The notes under the pieces were generated by a model. That model ran no database searches. It had not been told where the DNA came from and saw only the letters and a list, made by a program, of their open reading frames with translations. A stretch of 64,000 bases of DNA, counting the filler, from Basidiobolus ranarum (lineage: Eukaryota): assembly GCA_040143965.1 (NCBI GenBank). It is 3 parts of 3 records of this genome, joined end to end, with 100 filler letters (N's around TTAATTAATTAA, not from the genome) between each part and the next. Parts side by side here need not be neighbours in the genome. Positions count along the whole stretch, not along the records: positions 23,318 to 46,495 come from JASJQH010000171.1; 2 more parts are not named here. The stretch is one strand, 5' to 3'. A program made the translations under genes and the position numbers. How positions within the stretch are numbered: position 1 is the first letter of the stretch; each line of letters starts with the position of its first letter. Shown here piece by piece: positions 24,221-38,190 of the stretch.

Positions 24221-24348
24221 GCAGCGTTACAGGACAATTGCATGTTCTAGTACTAGCGCTACCAGACAATTGAATACTTCTGGAATGGCATTACCATACA
24301 ATTCCATGCTTCTGAAGTAGCATTACAGGACAATTGCATGTTTATCTA
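24221..24348. repeat. Degenerate tandem repeat, about 32 bp x 4
   Basis: Units agcagcgttacaggacaattgcatgttctagt / actagcgctaccagacaattgaatacttctgg / aatggcattaccatacaattccatgcttctga / agtagcattacaggacaattgcatgtttatct. Confidence 0.8.
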
Positions 24349-24869
24349 AACATTTATGGATATTTCAAAATTAACACGGCCAAAAAGTAAATAAATTGTG
24401 CTTTTTGATTCGTGATGTGATAATAAAATTTTAAAATAATGTTATCAAAAAAGAATATACTCACATAAATAAGTTTATGTTATATCTCTACTCTAAATCT
24501 CTATTATAGAGTCGATTAGTCAGAAGGCCAGACGCAAACGTATTAATGAAGTCGGTTTCCAAAAATCCTATTCATGTTTATTCCATCAAACATATCTATT
24601 TGAGTTCTGGTTAAAGGAGAAAATGGCTCATATATAGCTTCTAAATAAATTAACTTGCTCTGGGGCAGTGTATGTATTATATCTTTGCTATACCGAATAT
24701 AGTCGTATCGATGTAGATTACGTGAATATGCAAGGAATACACATATGATACACTTCCCTTGTAGTGCTCCAAAGCTTAGATCATGAAATATTCTACTAAA
24801 CCAGGTTATAACTTATAAATAGACCTTTTACCCACGAAGACAAATATTCAGACTTCAATCTCTACAACA

Positions 24870-25457
24870 ATGAAACTCTTCGTTACTCTTCTTGTTTCCA
24901 GTATTGCTGCGTTCCAAGTAGCTTCCGGTGCTCCAGTTAGTTACTATCCATACAGAAATAATGCTCGCTACTTCAGCTTTCCATGTGTGCAACAAGGATA
25001 TCTTTGTAATCAGAGTGTGCAAACAAGGCCAATATCATCCACGTTCCAAACATCAGTCATTCGCTCCCCAATATTAAAACAAGTATTCACCACGGTTACT
25101 CGGAAGCATGATAACCTCAATACTGCCCAAACTAGCAACAAGAAAGGTATTCGTATCAAACATCAAGATGGTCCCAGTGTGGAAGCTGAAGGAGAGCATG
25201 TGACATCGGTTTATTCTAAAGCAAGTGGGGGTGAACACTTATTCAGCCCAATGCTTGGTCAAGAACAGTTGAGTCAACATCTCCCTGATAACCAATTTGA
25301 GCGTATGCAGCCTGAGCAAGATGCCTTGACAATGCAGCCTTTAAATGACCAGGAACAGCCTGACCAAGTAATGCCTAACACTCAATCCAACTCCATGCAA
25401 TCGGAACAACCCGTAGAACCAGATGAAGACACTGAAGAAGAACCTGAGGATGACTAA
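24870..25457 (+). CDS. Secreted protein with Gln/acidic C-terminus, unknown function
   Basis: Signal peptide MKLFVTLLVSSIAAFQVASG-AP, upstream TATAAAT, 195 aa. Confidence 0.8.
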   Translation: MKLFVTLLVSSIAAFQVASGAPVSYYPYRNNARYFSFPCVQQGYLCNQSVQTRPISSTFQTSVIRSPILKQVFTTVTRKHDNLNTAQTSNKKGIRIKHQDGPSVEAEGEHVTSVYSKASGGEHLFSPMLGQEQLSQHLPDNQFERMQPEQDALTMQPLNDQEQPDQVMPNTQSNSMQSEQPVEPDEDTEEEPEDD

Positions 25458-27193
25458 TCAGTGTGAATCCCTATTATCATGCCTACCCTAGCAAGTACTC
25501 AGTATTCCACCGAAATAAACTCTACACTTCGTAAAAACTCGTCTGTGTAGTTGGGATTCCTAGAATGTGACTTGATTAAGCTTAGTATCAGTCATGTTAC
25601 TCTCTCTTACATAAAGCACTCATCCTATTTGATTTAAAAATAACAGTCCAAGTTATCATTATGTTTAGTACGAGAGTTATCCCGAATTGCCATCGAGTTT
25701 GTGAATTCTTTACTGTTCTTTCTTTACAAATAGCATTGAACTAGATTATTGTTGAGCGGTAATAGAAAATATCCTAACCCTAAAGTAAAGAAGATTGGGT
25801 CATATTGAGACAGAAAATAAGAGAATTCTTAATATCAGCTATCGGACTAGAAATCCTCCGAGTCTCTGGAATATAGAGTGATATACTCCAGAATTCACTT
25901 TTCATTTTTTACCCATAGTTCACTACAAAGATTCACTCTTTCCTTAAGCATAATTTCCTTGGAAGGCCCAATAAAGACTCTAAAAACCTAACTAAGTTCG
26001 AAATTCAATGGTACTCAACTCATGACTTTAAGTCAAAATAACGAAAGTAGTTATAATATATAAGATAGAAGCACCTAAGGTGTGAGAGAGTAAACAGAAT
26101 GGCGAAGAAGAGAAGTCCAGGCTAATTCTCACTTATGAAGGCCATAATCTGGAAAACACCACTGGAACCTATGTCTGAGCAATTTGCCTTTATAACCCTT
26201 TGTTACACCTAAACCCCTAACTCTAGTCTATCTCAAGCAACTTAAAACCTAACAATTACCTGTCAATTCTCAATATACCAGAATATACCAAAATATTACG
26301 GGAATGCTATGCAGTATGGAGTATACATGGTGAGCTATCTTAAGTGCGAATTATTTGGTCAGTGTTATATATCTATCCAATGATTTCTATGGTTTGGGAT
26401 TAGTAACCTATAAAGTCAGACCCCCTTTCTTTTCATGCAATTGGACTGACGCGTTTCTCACTTATGCTAAACTTTTTTTTGTATTGATCACTAAAGTTCA
26501 ATAGTAAGTATTCACCAATGATGTGGCGATATATTTGGCGATATACAGTTAGTATAGTAAGTTTGATCGTGACTGTGAACATGATCCACTGGTCAATCCC
26601 GATTCAAATACAGGATTATCTAACTAACACAGTTTCACATGTATGATTGGAGGATTGCTAGCGCTTATATATATATACAATTATACCATGTGTGTAGTTA
26701 CACTCATTATCATGTGGTCCAATGATGATCGCAATCATCTGAAGTTGCATGGGTATGGAATGATCTTCATCAATTCAGGCCAGATCTAGTGATTACTGTA
26801 TTCATAGGGTTAGGTAGGAATGATGAGAATGGTTCAAGGGTTAGGGTTAGGGGTAGGAATGATGGGAATGGTTCAATTTAATGCCATACCAGCCTTGGAT
26901 GTAATACTCATTAGCAATACTAGTCTTAAATGCAACGCTCGTTAGCAATACTCTGCTAATCTATTTCTTAATACAAACCAGTTTTATGGTGTCTTGTCTG
27001 AATTTACCTTGTCTATATATATATACTTTGCTAATATTGGTGAATCGTACTTTTGTGATCCTCAGCCCACTCACACCTCATTATTAGTGAGTGACGTTCG
27101 ACATACCTGGAACTCGCTGTTGCAATCACACTCGCCTTCACCCCTCCTCTCCTCACTGCCACACATATATTTACTGACACTGTCTGCGACATT

Positions 27194-27260
27194 GATAAGG
27201 ATAGCTGAAGTACGCAATGAAAGAAACATAAGGATAGCTGAGGTATGTAATGAAAGAAAC
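27194..27260. repeat. 33-bp direct repeat x 2
   Basis: ataaggatagctgaagtacgcaatgaaagaaac / ataaggatagctgaggtatgtaatgaaagaaac. Confidence 0.85.
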
Positions 27261-27728
27261 AGTAAGAATGATCAAATATATAGATGAACCCCTGTGTAAG
27301 AATGTGGGGGATGTTTGAATAGTAAGGGCTTAGTAAGGATCAACGGACTCGAACAGTGATGAATATGACCAATCTCTGCACTAGTAAAAAGGGATAATGT
27401 CCGAGTATTATTGTGTTCGTGAGGCTGGTAATTCAGGATTTTATCTTGATTTGGTATAGTTTCAATTACTTGGAAATTGGACTTGGCGGTAAATGCCCGA
27501 GAGATTCAGAATTGGCCACAGTTTTTACCGACAATTACGTAAAGTAACTGAAGTGCTTTCTTTTCAATTCATTGGCACATAAATCAGGAATGAGTGCATC
27601 CTGTCTGGCGTCACTTGACTCTTGAAAATTACGTTTCCGTATAAATATGAGCTATCATCATCCTTCGAAATCTCATCCTATCCTATTTCACTTCTCTATT
27701 GTTTACCCTTCGTTAACTCTTGCCCAAT

Positions 27729-30236
27729 ATGAATCTTGTTCCTAGAGAAATGGATAAGCTTATGCTTCACCAAGTTGGCTACTTGGCACAAATGCGTCTA
27801 GCCAGAGGTGTTAAACTCAATCACAGCGAGGCTACTGGTCTGATTGCGTCACAAGCTCTGGAATTGATGAGAGATGGAAAGCACTCGGTTTCCGAAGTTA
27901 TGGATATTGGCCGTCAGTTCCTAGGCAGAAGACATGTCCTCCCCTCTGTGATGGCTACACTGCATGAGGTCCAAATTGAGGGTACTTTTAGTGAGGGTAC
28001 CTTCTTAGTTACTATACATGACCCTATTTGCTCGGATGATGGTAATCTGGAACTAGCCCTCTATGGATCGTTTTTGCCCATTCCATCAAATGATGCTTTT
28101 CCTGCTGCTGCCCCCATTGACAAGCACAGCCTTCCAGGCTCATTAGTACTTTGCACTGAGAAGATTACTCTTGTCCCCGATAGAGAGCGTGCCTCTCTTG
28201 TAGTAACCAATAATGGAGACAGACCCATCCAAGTTGGTTCACACTATCACTTTGTTGAAACCAATGGATCTTTATGCTTCGATCGTGGAGTTGCCTACGG
28301 TCGTCGCCTGGATATTGCTGCTGGTACTGCTATTCGCTTCGAACCGGGAGAGTCCAAGACTGTCACCGTTGTCGACATTGGCGGTGACCAGGTTATTACT
28401 GGTGGAAACAATATCGCCACTGGTAAAGTGGACCGTGCCAAGGTTCCAGAAATAATTAAAAAATGCCAGAAACTTGGTTTCCAACACAAAGAACAACCTG
28501 ATCTCCCTGCCCCGAAACCATTCGCTTTGGAACGCTCTACTTACGTAGATATGTATGGCCCTACTGTGAATGATAAAGTCAGGTTGGGCGATTCTGAGCT
28601 TTTCATTCAGATTGAGAAAGACTTTACAGTGTACGGTGATGAGTGCAAATTTGGGGGAGGTAAAGTTCTACGTGAAGGTATGGGCCAGAACACCAAGGTC
28701 TTAGATAAAGATTGTCTAGATTTAGTAATCACCAATGCAATCATTCTGGATTATACCGGTATTTACAAAGCTGATATTGGCATCAAAGATTGTATGATTG
28801 CTGGTATTGGTAAAGCGGGAAATCCAGATGTCATGGATGGTGTGACTCCAGGTATGATAGTAGGCGCCTCCACTGAAGCTTTAGCTGGTGAAGGTCACAT
28901 TTTCACTGCAGGCGGCATTGATACTCATGTGCACTTTATTTGCCCACAATTGGGTAACGAAGCCCTTAGTAGTGGTATCACTACATTAATTGGTGGAGGT
29001 ACTGGCCCCAACACTGGTACAAACGCTACTACCTGCACCCCAGGAGCGAATCACATTCAATTCATGCTTCAAAGCACAGACGGTATGCCTATCAATGTAG
29101 GCTTTACAGGCAAAGGTAACTGCTCTGAACCTGAAACTCTTCGCGAGCAAATTAGAGCCGGAGCACTGGGACTCAAACTCCACGAAGATTGGGGATCTAC
29201 CCCAGCTGCAATTGATAGTTGCTTAACGGTATGTGAAGAATATGATGTTCAAGCAGCCATCCACACCGATACTCTGAACGAATCTGGATACGTAGAAGCC
29301 TCGATTGAAGCATTTAAAGGAAGGACTATCCATACATATCACTCTGAGGGTGCCGGTGGAGGTCACGCTCCTGATATTATTCGTGTTTGTGGTGTAGCTT
29401 CTGTACTTCCTTCTTCTACCAGTCCTACCCGCCCATACACCAACAATACTTTGGATGAACATGTTGATATGTTAATGGTATGCCATCATCTGGATAAGCG
29501 TATTCCTGAGGATGTCGCATTTGCCGAATCTAGAATTCGTGCAGAAACCATCGCCGCCGAGGATGTACTGAATGATATTGGCGCCGTGTCCATCATCTCC
29601 TCTGACTCTCAAGCCATGGGTCGTATTGGTGAAGTTATAGCTAGAAGTTGGAAAACTGCTCATAAGATGAAAGTTCAACGGGGTCACTTGGCAGCTCCAG
29701 AAGAAAAAGGCAAGCCTGACAATGATAACTTCCGTGCCAAACGGTATGTTGCAAAGTACACCATTAATCCAGCAATTGCCCATGGATGTAGTCACATACT
29801 AGGATCCATTGAAGTTGGCAAATATGCAGATCTTGTTATGTACAAACCGGCTTTCTTTGGTACCAAGCCTGAGATTGTTATCAAAGGCGGTATGATTGCC
29901 TGGGCTGTTATGGGTGATGCAAACGCATCGATTCCCACTACTGAACCAGTTGTTGGTCGTGAGATGTATGGCTCTTTGGGTACAGGAATTCGAGCACTTG
30001 CCTTGGTCAGCAAAGACTCGATCGAAACAGGTATTATTAAGAAATACAAACTGAATAAGCGAGCCGAAGGAGTCAAGAATTGCCGAAGCATCAAGAAGAC
30101 AGACATGAAACTTAATGATGTTTTGCCCAAAATTAGAGTGGATCCCGAAACCTACGAAGTATATGCTGATGATGTACTTATGACTTGTCCACCAGCTACG
30201 GAATTGCCCATGGCACAGAATGTGTTTATCTTCTAA
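27729..30236 (+). CDS. URE1: Urease (eukaryotic fused gamma-beta-alpha subunit)
   Basis: [65 protein letters not shown]. Intronless. Confidence 0.98.
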   Translation: MNLVPREMDKLMLHQVGYLAQMRLARGVKLNHSEATGLIASQALELMRDGKHSVSEVMDIGRQFLGRRHVLPSVMATLHEVQIEGTFSEGTFLVTIHDPICSDDGNLELALYGSFLPIPSNDAFPAAAPIDKHSLPGSLVLCTEKITLVPDRERASLVVTNNGDRPIQVGSHYHFVETNGSLCFDRGVAYGRRLDIAAGTAIRFEPGESKTVTVVDIGGDQVITGGNNIATGKVDRAKVPEIIKKCQKLGFQHKEQPDLPAPKPFALERSTYVDMYGPTVNDKVRLGDSELFIQIEKDFTVYGDECKFGGGKVLREGMGQNTKVLDKDCLDLVITNAIILDYTGIYKADIGIKDCMIAGIGKAGNPDVMDGVTPGMIVGASTEALAGEGHIFTAGGIDTHVHFICPQLGNEALSSGITTLIGGGTGPNTGTNATTCTPGANHIQFMLQSTDGMPINVGFTGKGNCSEPETLREQIRAGALGLKLHEDWGSTPAAIDSCLTVCEEYDVQAAIHTDTLNESGYVEASIEAFKGRTIHTYHSEGAGGGHAPDIIRVCGVASVLPSSTSPTRPYTNNTLDEHVDMLMVCHHLDKRIPEDVAFAESRIRAETIAAEDVLNDIGAVSIISSDSQAMGRIGEVIARSWKTAHKMKVQRGHLAAPEEKGKPDNDNFRAKRYVAKYTINPAIAHGCSHILGSIEVGKYADLVMYKPAFFGTKPEIVIKGGMIAWAVMGDANASIPTTEPVVGREMYGSLGTGIRALALVSKDSIETGIIKKYKLNKRAEGVKNCRSIKKTDMKLNDVLPKIRVDPETYEVYADDVLMTCPPATELPMAQNVFIF

Positions 30237-30599
30237 GTAAACTATCCCTACGTTGTATCTAAGTAAATAAATATTTGAAAATGTAAGCATAGTCAGTTGA
30301 TTTATAACATACGTGAAAGATGGGCAAGTACCATTAACCCATACTTATCAAAGCATGGAGCTAAACTAATTGACTTAACATCACTGTTATCGACCCAATA
30401 AAAAGCAAATTGGGGGGCCATTGCATGTTACCCAAATAGTTAATTTATTACCACTCAATTAAATTAAGCCAATCATTGAAACATTAAATATAAATTAGAT
30501 TTTCGTGACTATTAATGCCAGTCAATAATCCAAATAGCCTTTCAACCACTTTTTGGGTTTAGGGCTTTGTGAATAACTTATACTCCACATCAATTGTTT

Positions 30600-33168
30600 A
30601 TGTTAGAAGACAGCAAGCTGAATATTGAGGAAGTCTCGAAGGAGAGTGAACCAAGTGCTCCTACTACTCCTGTACCTTCATCCAACCGCCGTCTGGCTAA
30701 AGGACTCTATGATTTCGAGGGAAATGCTTCCTACAATGAGCTTTGTTTCTCTGAAGGAGATGAACTATCAATTGTTAAGGATTATGTAGCTGATGGTTGG
30801 TGTTTAGCAGAAAAGGATGGAGTGAAAGGTTTAGTCCCCACAGCGTATATTGAGGTAAGAAAAAAGGAATTCTTGTGACTAACTGGTTACTCTTTCTAAT
30901 TTTTTTCTTGCTTCAAAGTATTTAGATAGCATGGGGGATGACCGAGAAAGTAATGCTTCTGAAGAAAGTCCAGTGTCACATTTGACCAGTGGTCGTAATA
31001 GTGTATTTGGAAAAAAGCAAATAAATCGGTTTGCCTATTTTGTAACCTCTGGAGCTGAAGAATTTATCCTTAAGGGTACGAAAGAGAAGATAGACCCTAA
31101 AGATTCAGTACTGGAATCTGATAAACATTACATACAAGTAACTATACAGCTGTTGCTCTCTATTGACGACCTTTGGTTAATCTAAACTTCTCTTCTGTAG
31201 AGTGGACCCAGCTGGCAAGAGAAAACCGCAGAGTTTGTAGTTGAGGTTCATACACCGAAAAAGGTTCGCTCTACTGGTACGCAGGAATATATCACATACC
31301 AGATTACCTCGATTGTAAGTGCAACTCTATCAATGTTAGTTCATTGATTTCATAGTCGCCTAATACATGTTAGTTCCCCAACAGTATTACAGTTACGGTT
31401 GAACGTCGATACAGCCAATTTGTTTGGCTTCATGATAAACTCGAACAGAAATTTGGACCTTTGATTTTGCCAACACTTCCAGGAAAGCAAATATCTGGTA
31501 CGTAATCTACAATGGGCACATTGCTGATACTAGCTAATCGTTTCCTTTGTAGGTCGTTTCCACAATGATTTCATTGAACGTCGTAGACACGCCCTTGAAC
31601 GCTACATGAATAAACTGGCACGGCATCCTGTCGTTCGTTATGCTGAAATATTGACTCACTTTCTGAGCTGTAATGATGACCATGTTCGTGAAGTAATACA
31701 CCAAGATATAATGTGTGGAGACTAAAGTTAGATTTTCTTGTAGGAATGGAAACATATGGATAAGAAGTTTTCGGCTGATCAGATGGTTGGTGCAGCATTT
31801 TACCAGCATGTTTACCACCCTGAATTCAATGTGGAGGAAGACGGGTAAATACTAGTCATACGATGTCGATTTGATTCCATTTTCTCATAGGCTTTAACTC
31901 TTCTAGCGACGTCGAAAGCGTCGAACGTTTTCAGCACCATATCAAAGCTATGGACCGGTATGTTCCAATGTTGCAAGAGAACTTCCGTTCCTACACTGAA
32001 GCTCACACCGGTAATCTTTACGTTGTCTTTTAAATTCATTTGGTATGGTTATCTAACTCAGTACCATCAGAAATGAAGAACAAATATCGAGCCGCTAGCT
32101 TAGGATTGCTTCGTATCATTACTGGAACAAAAGCGGGATCTACCGATTGTGTGAATGAAGACGGTGCTTGGTGCTGGAGAGAAGACTGTAAAGGTAATAT
32201 ATGATGATCCATGAATTTCGGTCTGATTAGCTGACTTTAGTTACTATTCCAGAGTGCCTCAAATTAACCAAGGCCATCCAAATGACCACTGAAACTATGC
32301 AAACAATTGCAGATTTCCACGAGACATATGTAAGTACCTTTTATCGATCCATGGGTCAACTCAACTGTAACCATGGAATGTTGCATTAGGTGAGCGATAC
32401 GCTTATCGAATGGGAAGAAAGCCTTAAAGATTATAATGGATTGAATAACTTGTGTCTGGTATGTCGGATTAATATTGATTTGTAATGTTACCACGCCAGT
32501 CTAATCAATACGGATGTCACTCGATACGGATGTTATAAAGCCGTTGCTCGATATTCATTCTGGAGCTGTGGACAAACACACTGACGCTGAGGAGATTGAA
32601 GGAGATGTAAGAAGTCCTTCATTGAGATATAACCACAAGTTCATCTAACCTAACCCCCACTATTAATGACTAGGAGATCGATGCGGAGACGATCAAATCC
32701 CGCTGTGAAACGGTATTCAACGTTGTACTTGCTGAAATGGAAAATGTCCACGAACAAAAGATCTCCGATTTCAAAGGGAATACTATCCAGTTGCTTGATA
32801 GAGAAATTGAACTTCATGAAAAGGTAAACACTCAGTATTCTATTTCTTGGGTTCTACTCTTTTTAACTTCCTTTGACCCATTCAAATGGTAGATTCTGGC
32901 TCAATTGAAGCTGGCACGTGGTCATTTTGAAGAAGCGGAGTATAATCAACTCGGAGAGTCTCCACGTGAATGTAGTAAATACGAAAAGGAACTTGAAGAG
33001 AAGCCGGTTGTCACTAGACCAGCTTCAGTGTCCAGTGTCTCGAGTGTGGTTGGAGGAGTCTTTGATGGTGTCGGCTCAGTCGGGCACTTTTTAAAGAACA
33101 AGGCACGATCCTCCATTGTTAGGTCCTCTGTATTTTCCGAATGGGGATGGGGGCCTAAGACACAGTAA
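30600..33168 (+). CDS. SH3-PX-BAR sorting nexin (SNX9/18/33-like), multi-exon
   Basis: SH3 (GLYDFEG...ELCF...DGW...GLVPTAY), NRFAYFVTSGAEEFIL, PX (VERRYSQFVWLH, LPGKQ, RRHALERYM), BAR-like C-terminal region. Confidence 0.88.
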
Positions 33169-33708
33169 ATCTTACTGAACCTCTACCCATAACACATAAT
33201 CCAAGTTTCTTAGTGTATCTTATAAACTAATTTTATCTTCCACATATTTACTCTCTATTTTCACAATCAAATGTGTTTAATCTCATTAAAGTCTTATTGA
33301 AAGTAATCATCATTATCTTTTGGTTAGGCTGCACTCCTCATTTTGACTAATCAGGATATGGCGGTTGTTGATTTGTTGAAGTAAACATCCGTTTTTGAAA
33401 CCATCGACAATTATGTCATTTATTATCCTAAACCATTATTAAATTATACTCAGCCCAATAAATACATCTCCTAAAATACCTTCTCTAGTGACTGATATTA
33501 TTTACCGGAGTTATTTGACGTTACAACGATAGTGCCTAGTAAAAGGGAAAAGGAGATAACCTCTTCGGCACACTCACCTTGAAGTTCAATTTTTCTAAAA
33601 CACAAAGATACTTACTATTAATCCATACAACCAACAGGATTCCCTCTCTTTTCTACGTCGAAAGTTACCTTAATTGATATACATTGAATTGTATCTTGTA
33701 TAGAAACT

Positions 33709-36700
33709 ATGCCTTTAAAAAATCCGCCTATCATTTCGGTTGACCATCCACTTGGGTTTAGTCCCGAATTAGTTCCAGAAGAGCCTCTTAAAGTTGGACA
33801 AGACTCCAAGGATAGTTTAAGTGAACACACTTTACCCACTGCTGTAGTAAACCCGGAGATACATATAACGGATAGCACAAATGAAGCAAATACGGCAAGT
33901 ACTTTTAAACAAGAAGAGAAGCCGAATTCCGCCCAATGCGTCAATTCCAATCCCAGTTTGTCGACTTTGGTGGAGAAATCCCAGAGTTTCAATACTCACA
34001 CCAATCATGTGTCTATAAGCAAAGTATTTCTTGAAACTCCATTATCCGGCTTATTGAGTGACAACTCCGTTGGTCAGGCGATACTTGAGACTCTAACAAA
34101 TAACCTACCAGAATATGAAGATATATTTGAACGGTTAATGAACAAAAAGGTTAGAAGCGAATTGAATACCGTTGAAACTTTTACTTTCACTTTCACTTCT
34201 TTATTCTAACCAGTTTTTTTTCCCGAACTGTTCACCTTTTGTCAGGCAGTATTACTACTTCCTCAATCACCACTCTCTGATTGGACTACCATAAAGGAAA
34301 TAGACCGAGGTATAATTGAAAATCATGTAATAGTGGTACAAAAATGGCAACGGGATAGTCCAATTGCCACATTAAGCGGTCTCAAAGGATATGTTCAAAA
34401 GGAGAAGAACTTTCTGTTAGATTTGAATGTTCCAGACATTGAAGAGGAAATATCTTCGGATAGCAGCGACACACGACGGTAAATCTGTACATCTCTCAGC
34501 ATGTGAAATTCAAGTGAATTTAACCACTTCATTAGATCGATCTTTGGGATATTTAGTAAACCAAAGAGAATGAATAAATGCATCAACGTTCGGGTACGTT
34601 ACGCTAATTTGTATGTGGCATGGATGGATGGATTTGTGGTAGCATCGATCATCCAAAATCCAATATCTTCGGAGTTTCAGCATATCATTCCTGATTTGCG
34701 CACGGCTCATTTGGAGGAAGAAAAACCTATGGTCTGGGACCTGCTCACTAAGGATATGAATCGGTAAGTAAACGCCTCCAAAATACTGCATGAGATCACA
34801 CGCATTAAATGTCACGTACTAGGTTTATTCAAAAGATGCAATCCAGGAGGAATATACCGGTGCAGGAATCGGTAGAGTCTTTCCGAAAGTTCATCGAAAG
34901 AGCTAGTAGTACGATCGAGAATGAACACTTGTCTGAAAAGGATGAGGATCAGTTGATTGAGTGGGTTGAACGGTTGCTAGCTTTGGAGCTCCATCCTATG
35001 TAAGTGGTCCGATGTTAAGAATGATAGGTTTTATTGAACTCTGAACATCTATACTTGTGTAGTCTGTTTTCTCCAGTGTCTACTGATGACCAGCTTAAGG
35101 ATCAAATGCTTTCCTCGAGAATTGCTGCACTCAATATTGCTGACCTAAGGCTAGACCATCTGGGGGTAACTGCTGAAGGCGAAGAACATGACCATTTGAT
35201 GATGATGGTGGAAGAGACCGGGATTGGTATGAGTTCTTAGCTGACTCATGTTGTGTCGGTATCTAAATGGATTTATGATTTAGAACTGCAGAGAATTGAT
35301 ACTATCAAGGCGCCGGCTGATAAAATTCAAGTCCTGGTGAATTGTCATCACATAATAGTAGGGCTTAATATACTGCGACATGACTGAGAAATTCCTCTAA
35401 TAACATGGTGTAGACTACTTCGTTAGATAAATACAATCAAGCAAGAGCGTCAAAAGGAAGTTCCACCACTTCTTCCAGTGCAGATACCATTCTCCCTTTG
35501 TTGATTTACACAGTGGTTAAATCCAATCCACCCAATTACGTGTCTAATCTGAGGTACATTCCGACATTAACGATCATTAGAGGAATAATAAGTTCAAATA
35601 AGTTGGTTTAGATTTATACAACGCTATCGAAACCCACTCAAAGCCACTCAAGAGTACTCCTATTGTCTAACAAATATGGTGAGATGAAGAGATTTATGAG
35701 ACGGTAATTACCCCATCTAACCATCTATCTCTTCCAGATGGCAGTTATTTCTTTCTTGGAAAATGTAGATATGGTCACATTGGGATTGACATCTGGAGCG
35801 GAGACAAGGTAAGGAATTCACTTCTTTCATAATGAATCATTGAATTTCTTCTGAAAAGGATGTATACATTTATACTAATTTTAAGTCAACCTTTACTCTC
35901 TTCTCCCGTTAGTGACGACTATCGAGTACTTTCATTGCCACGAAATTTTGGTCCACTTAAAGTTGAAAAATCAGACTTATTGAAGGAATCAGAGGAACGT
36001 AGAAACTCATTGACTGATATCAAAGATGGTGTTGAGACTAGTATGAAAGCATTTTCCGATGCGGCATCTAACACCAGTGTCGTAGTTGGTGATGGTGTCC
36101 GGGCCATTACTGGAGTAGCCACAGGGGCGGTAGTAGGCGGAAGTGCCAGAGCTCTATCTGGAATGGTAAATTTGTAAGTAAATATATGAATATTCTCGTC
36201 AACAACATGGGGACCTGATTTTATTTTCCTTGAACCTCTGAAGAATGGGCAGATTTCTGTACAAGGAATCAGCGCAAAAGCCCGCCTTTTCGGTAACCTC
36301 TAGCCAACCATTAGATGAGTCTATTGCTGCGGAAATGGCTTCAAGGTATATATCTAGCAGTTCAAATGCCCACTCATGTACACATGCGCTATAACTTCAT
36401 TTAACCACTAGGTTGAATCCAGTGGACATCGATCGGATAACTATTGGCAGTAACTCGAGTAATTCCAAGGTTCGGTTATGCTCAGATCCGAAGGTTTTCC
36501 CGTTTACCTTAATAATCCATCACTTCATTAGATATCCTTAAATGCCAATGCCATAGACCCACCAATCAAAAAATACATGGAATGTTCGCCAGAGGAGCTA
36601 CGTATCTATGAGATCCAAGGTACGTGTAACTACATGAGCACTCACAGCCGGTTGAGGTTGAGATTTACTAAACCACTACCATTATCATCACCAACGTTAC

Positions 36701-36781
36701 TATATTTTAGAATTACTTTCGGATTACAAACGAATGGGCAACATTATCAATGAACTGCTTGAATTACAAAGACAGGAATGA
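33709..36781 (+). CDS. VPS9-domain Rab5-family GEF, multi-exon
   Basis: ELQRIDTIKAPADK, SADTILPLLIYTVVKSNPP, YCLTN, C-terminal ELLSDYKRM. Many GT-AG introns. Confidence 0.85.
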
Positions 36782-37160
36782 TCGCAGTCTAAAATTTAAC
36801 CTCACCTGATAAAAACGATGTAACTGGATTGGTAATCAACTTCAATAAAAACTAGATTGAGATAAGCAGTCCCTTAACGCTAGATGGCGTTGTCCAACCG
36901 AGTGACCAAATATTGGTGTTCTATTGGTGGTTGTATTGGCAATCCCACCAGTAAGGCCACCCAGTAGGTGTTATTTATAATGTTCACTTGCTATAACCGG
37001 AGCTATGAGGTAACGATGGACAGATACCAGAATGTTAAGGTCAGATACATCAACCTAGTTGGAAATCTAGATCTCCCGGCTGTACTTTGCAATCGGTTTC
37101 TTTCGTATATAATGCGTGGTTAGTACCTGGTTGTGGTCCAAGTCAAACTTGATATTGAAA

Positions 37161-37435
37161 ATGTGCTTCGCTGCAACTTGTAAAAAATGTGGAAAAGCTA
37201 CCTGGAGAGGTTGTGGCCTGCATGTTGACGAAGGTGATCATTCATTCCCCACTCCCTCCTTTACTCTATTCTACGAGAGAAACTAACTTTTATACTATTT
37301 CAAGTCATGAGCAAAGTTCCCGTTAATCAGAGATGCACTTGCCCAAGGTAAGTGAAACTATTTCGAGCCTTGGATTCGTTACAGTTCCCTAAGATTTCTA
37401 CCATTAGGCCGAAAAGTTCATGCATCCTAGCGTAA
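37161..37435 (+). CDS. Small Cys-rich (CxxC...GCGxH...CxC) protein, copy A, ending in CaaX-like CILA
   Basis: Three exons give MCFAATCKKCGKATWRGCGLHVDEVMSKVPVNQRCTCPRPKSSCILA. Not in the ORF track. Confidence 0.8.
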
Positions 37436-37673
37436 CCGAGTTCAAAGAAAAGAAGAAATTTTCCGTTTCTCAGTCGCACTTTTACTTTTGACCGACAGTG
37501 TTAGCCATGATAATTTATTTTTGGTACAGTAGCACATAGGTAACCCTGAAATAAACCACTATTTGAGCATCCTAACCCTAACTCCAATATATTAACCCCA
37601 ACTCCAATATATGGCTTAAATGCTAAACTCGAATGAAATCAATATCCCGAGTGTCAATGTTGGTTTTCGGAAT

Positions 37674-37730
37674 GTTTCGATGATTTTGATTAGCCTCACC
37701 TTGTTTCGATGATTTTGATTAGCCTCACCA
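37674..37730. repeat. About 28-bp direct repeat x 2
   Basis: tgtttcgatgattttgattagcctcacc occurs twice. Confidence 0.85.
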
Positions 37731-38128
37731 TCACATTAAAACTTATTGATAATTATTTTAAAGAAATGTTGGTCTCACAAGAAATTGAACCAGGGACAAC
37801 TCTGGCAATGCATTGACCAGAAACAAAGAATTTATACTTTTGCAGCTCACACTGCGAATAAATGATGAGATTGTGAGAGTAAAACGAGCTACCCAGGGTT
37901 CATTTGGATGGTCTTGAAATTTTGGTTGCATCTTGATATTCTTGAATATGTTCATATATATCTCAAATAAGCATTCATTTCCTGCAATCCTCTAGAAGAG
38001 TCGGTGTTAAATAATTAATCTTTGTTCATCATCTTAGTTAACTTTAGTTTTGACACATAAATCAGAAACAACAAAGCCTTGTATCTATAGCCTCTATACT
38101 CTAATTAGGAATATCTCTATATCAATAT

Positions 38129-38190
38129 AACTACCATGTCCTATTACCTAACTACCATGTCCTATTGCCTAACTACCATGTCCTATTACC
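38129..38190. repeat. 21-bp tandem repeat x 3
   Basis: aactaccatgtcctattacct units. Confidence 0.85.

Noticed and set aside
24221-24348. CRISPR-like periodicity
   Set aside because: Contiguous degenerate units with no unique spacers, no cas genes, and a eukaryotic context.
28213-30290. Antisense and alternate-frame ORFs within urease (likewise within the cyclin, RGS, PUS3 and ankyrin genes)
   Set aside because: Shadow ORFs of long coding sequences.
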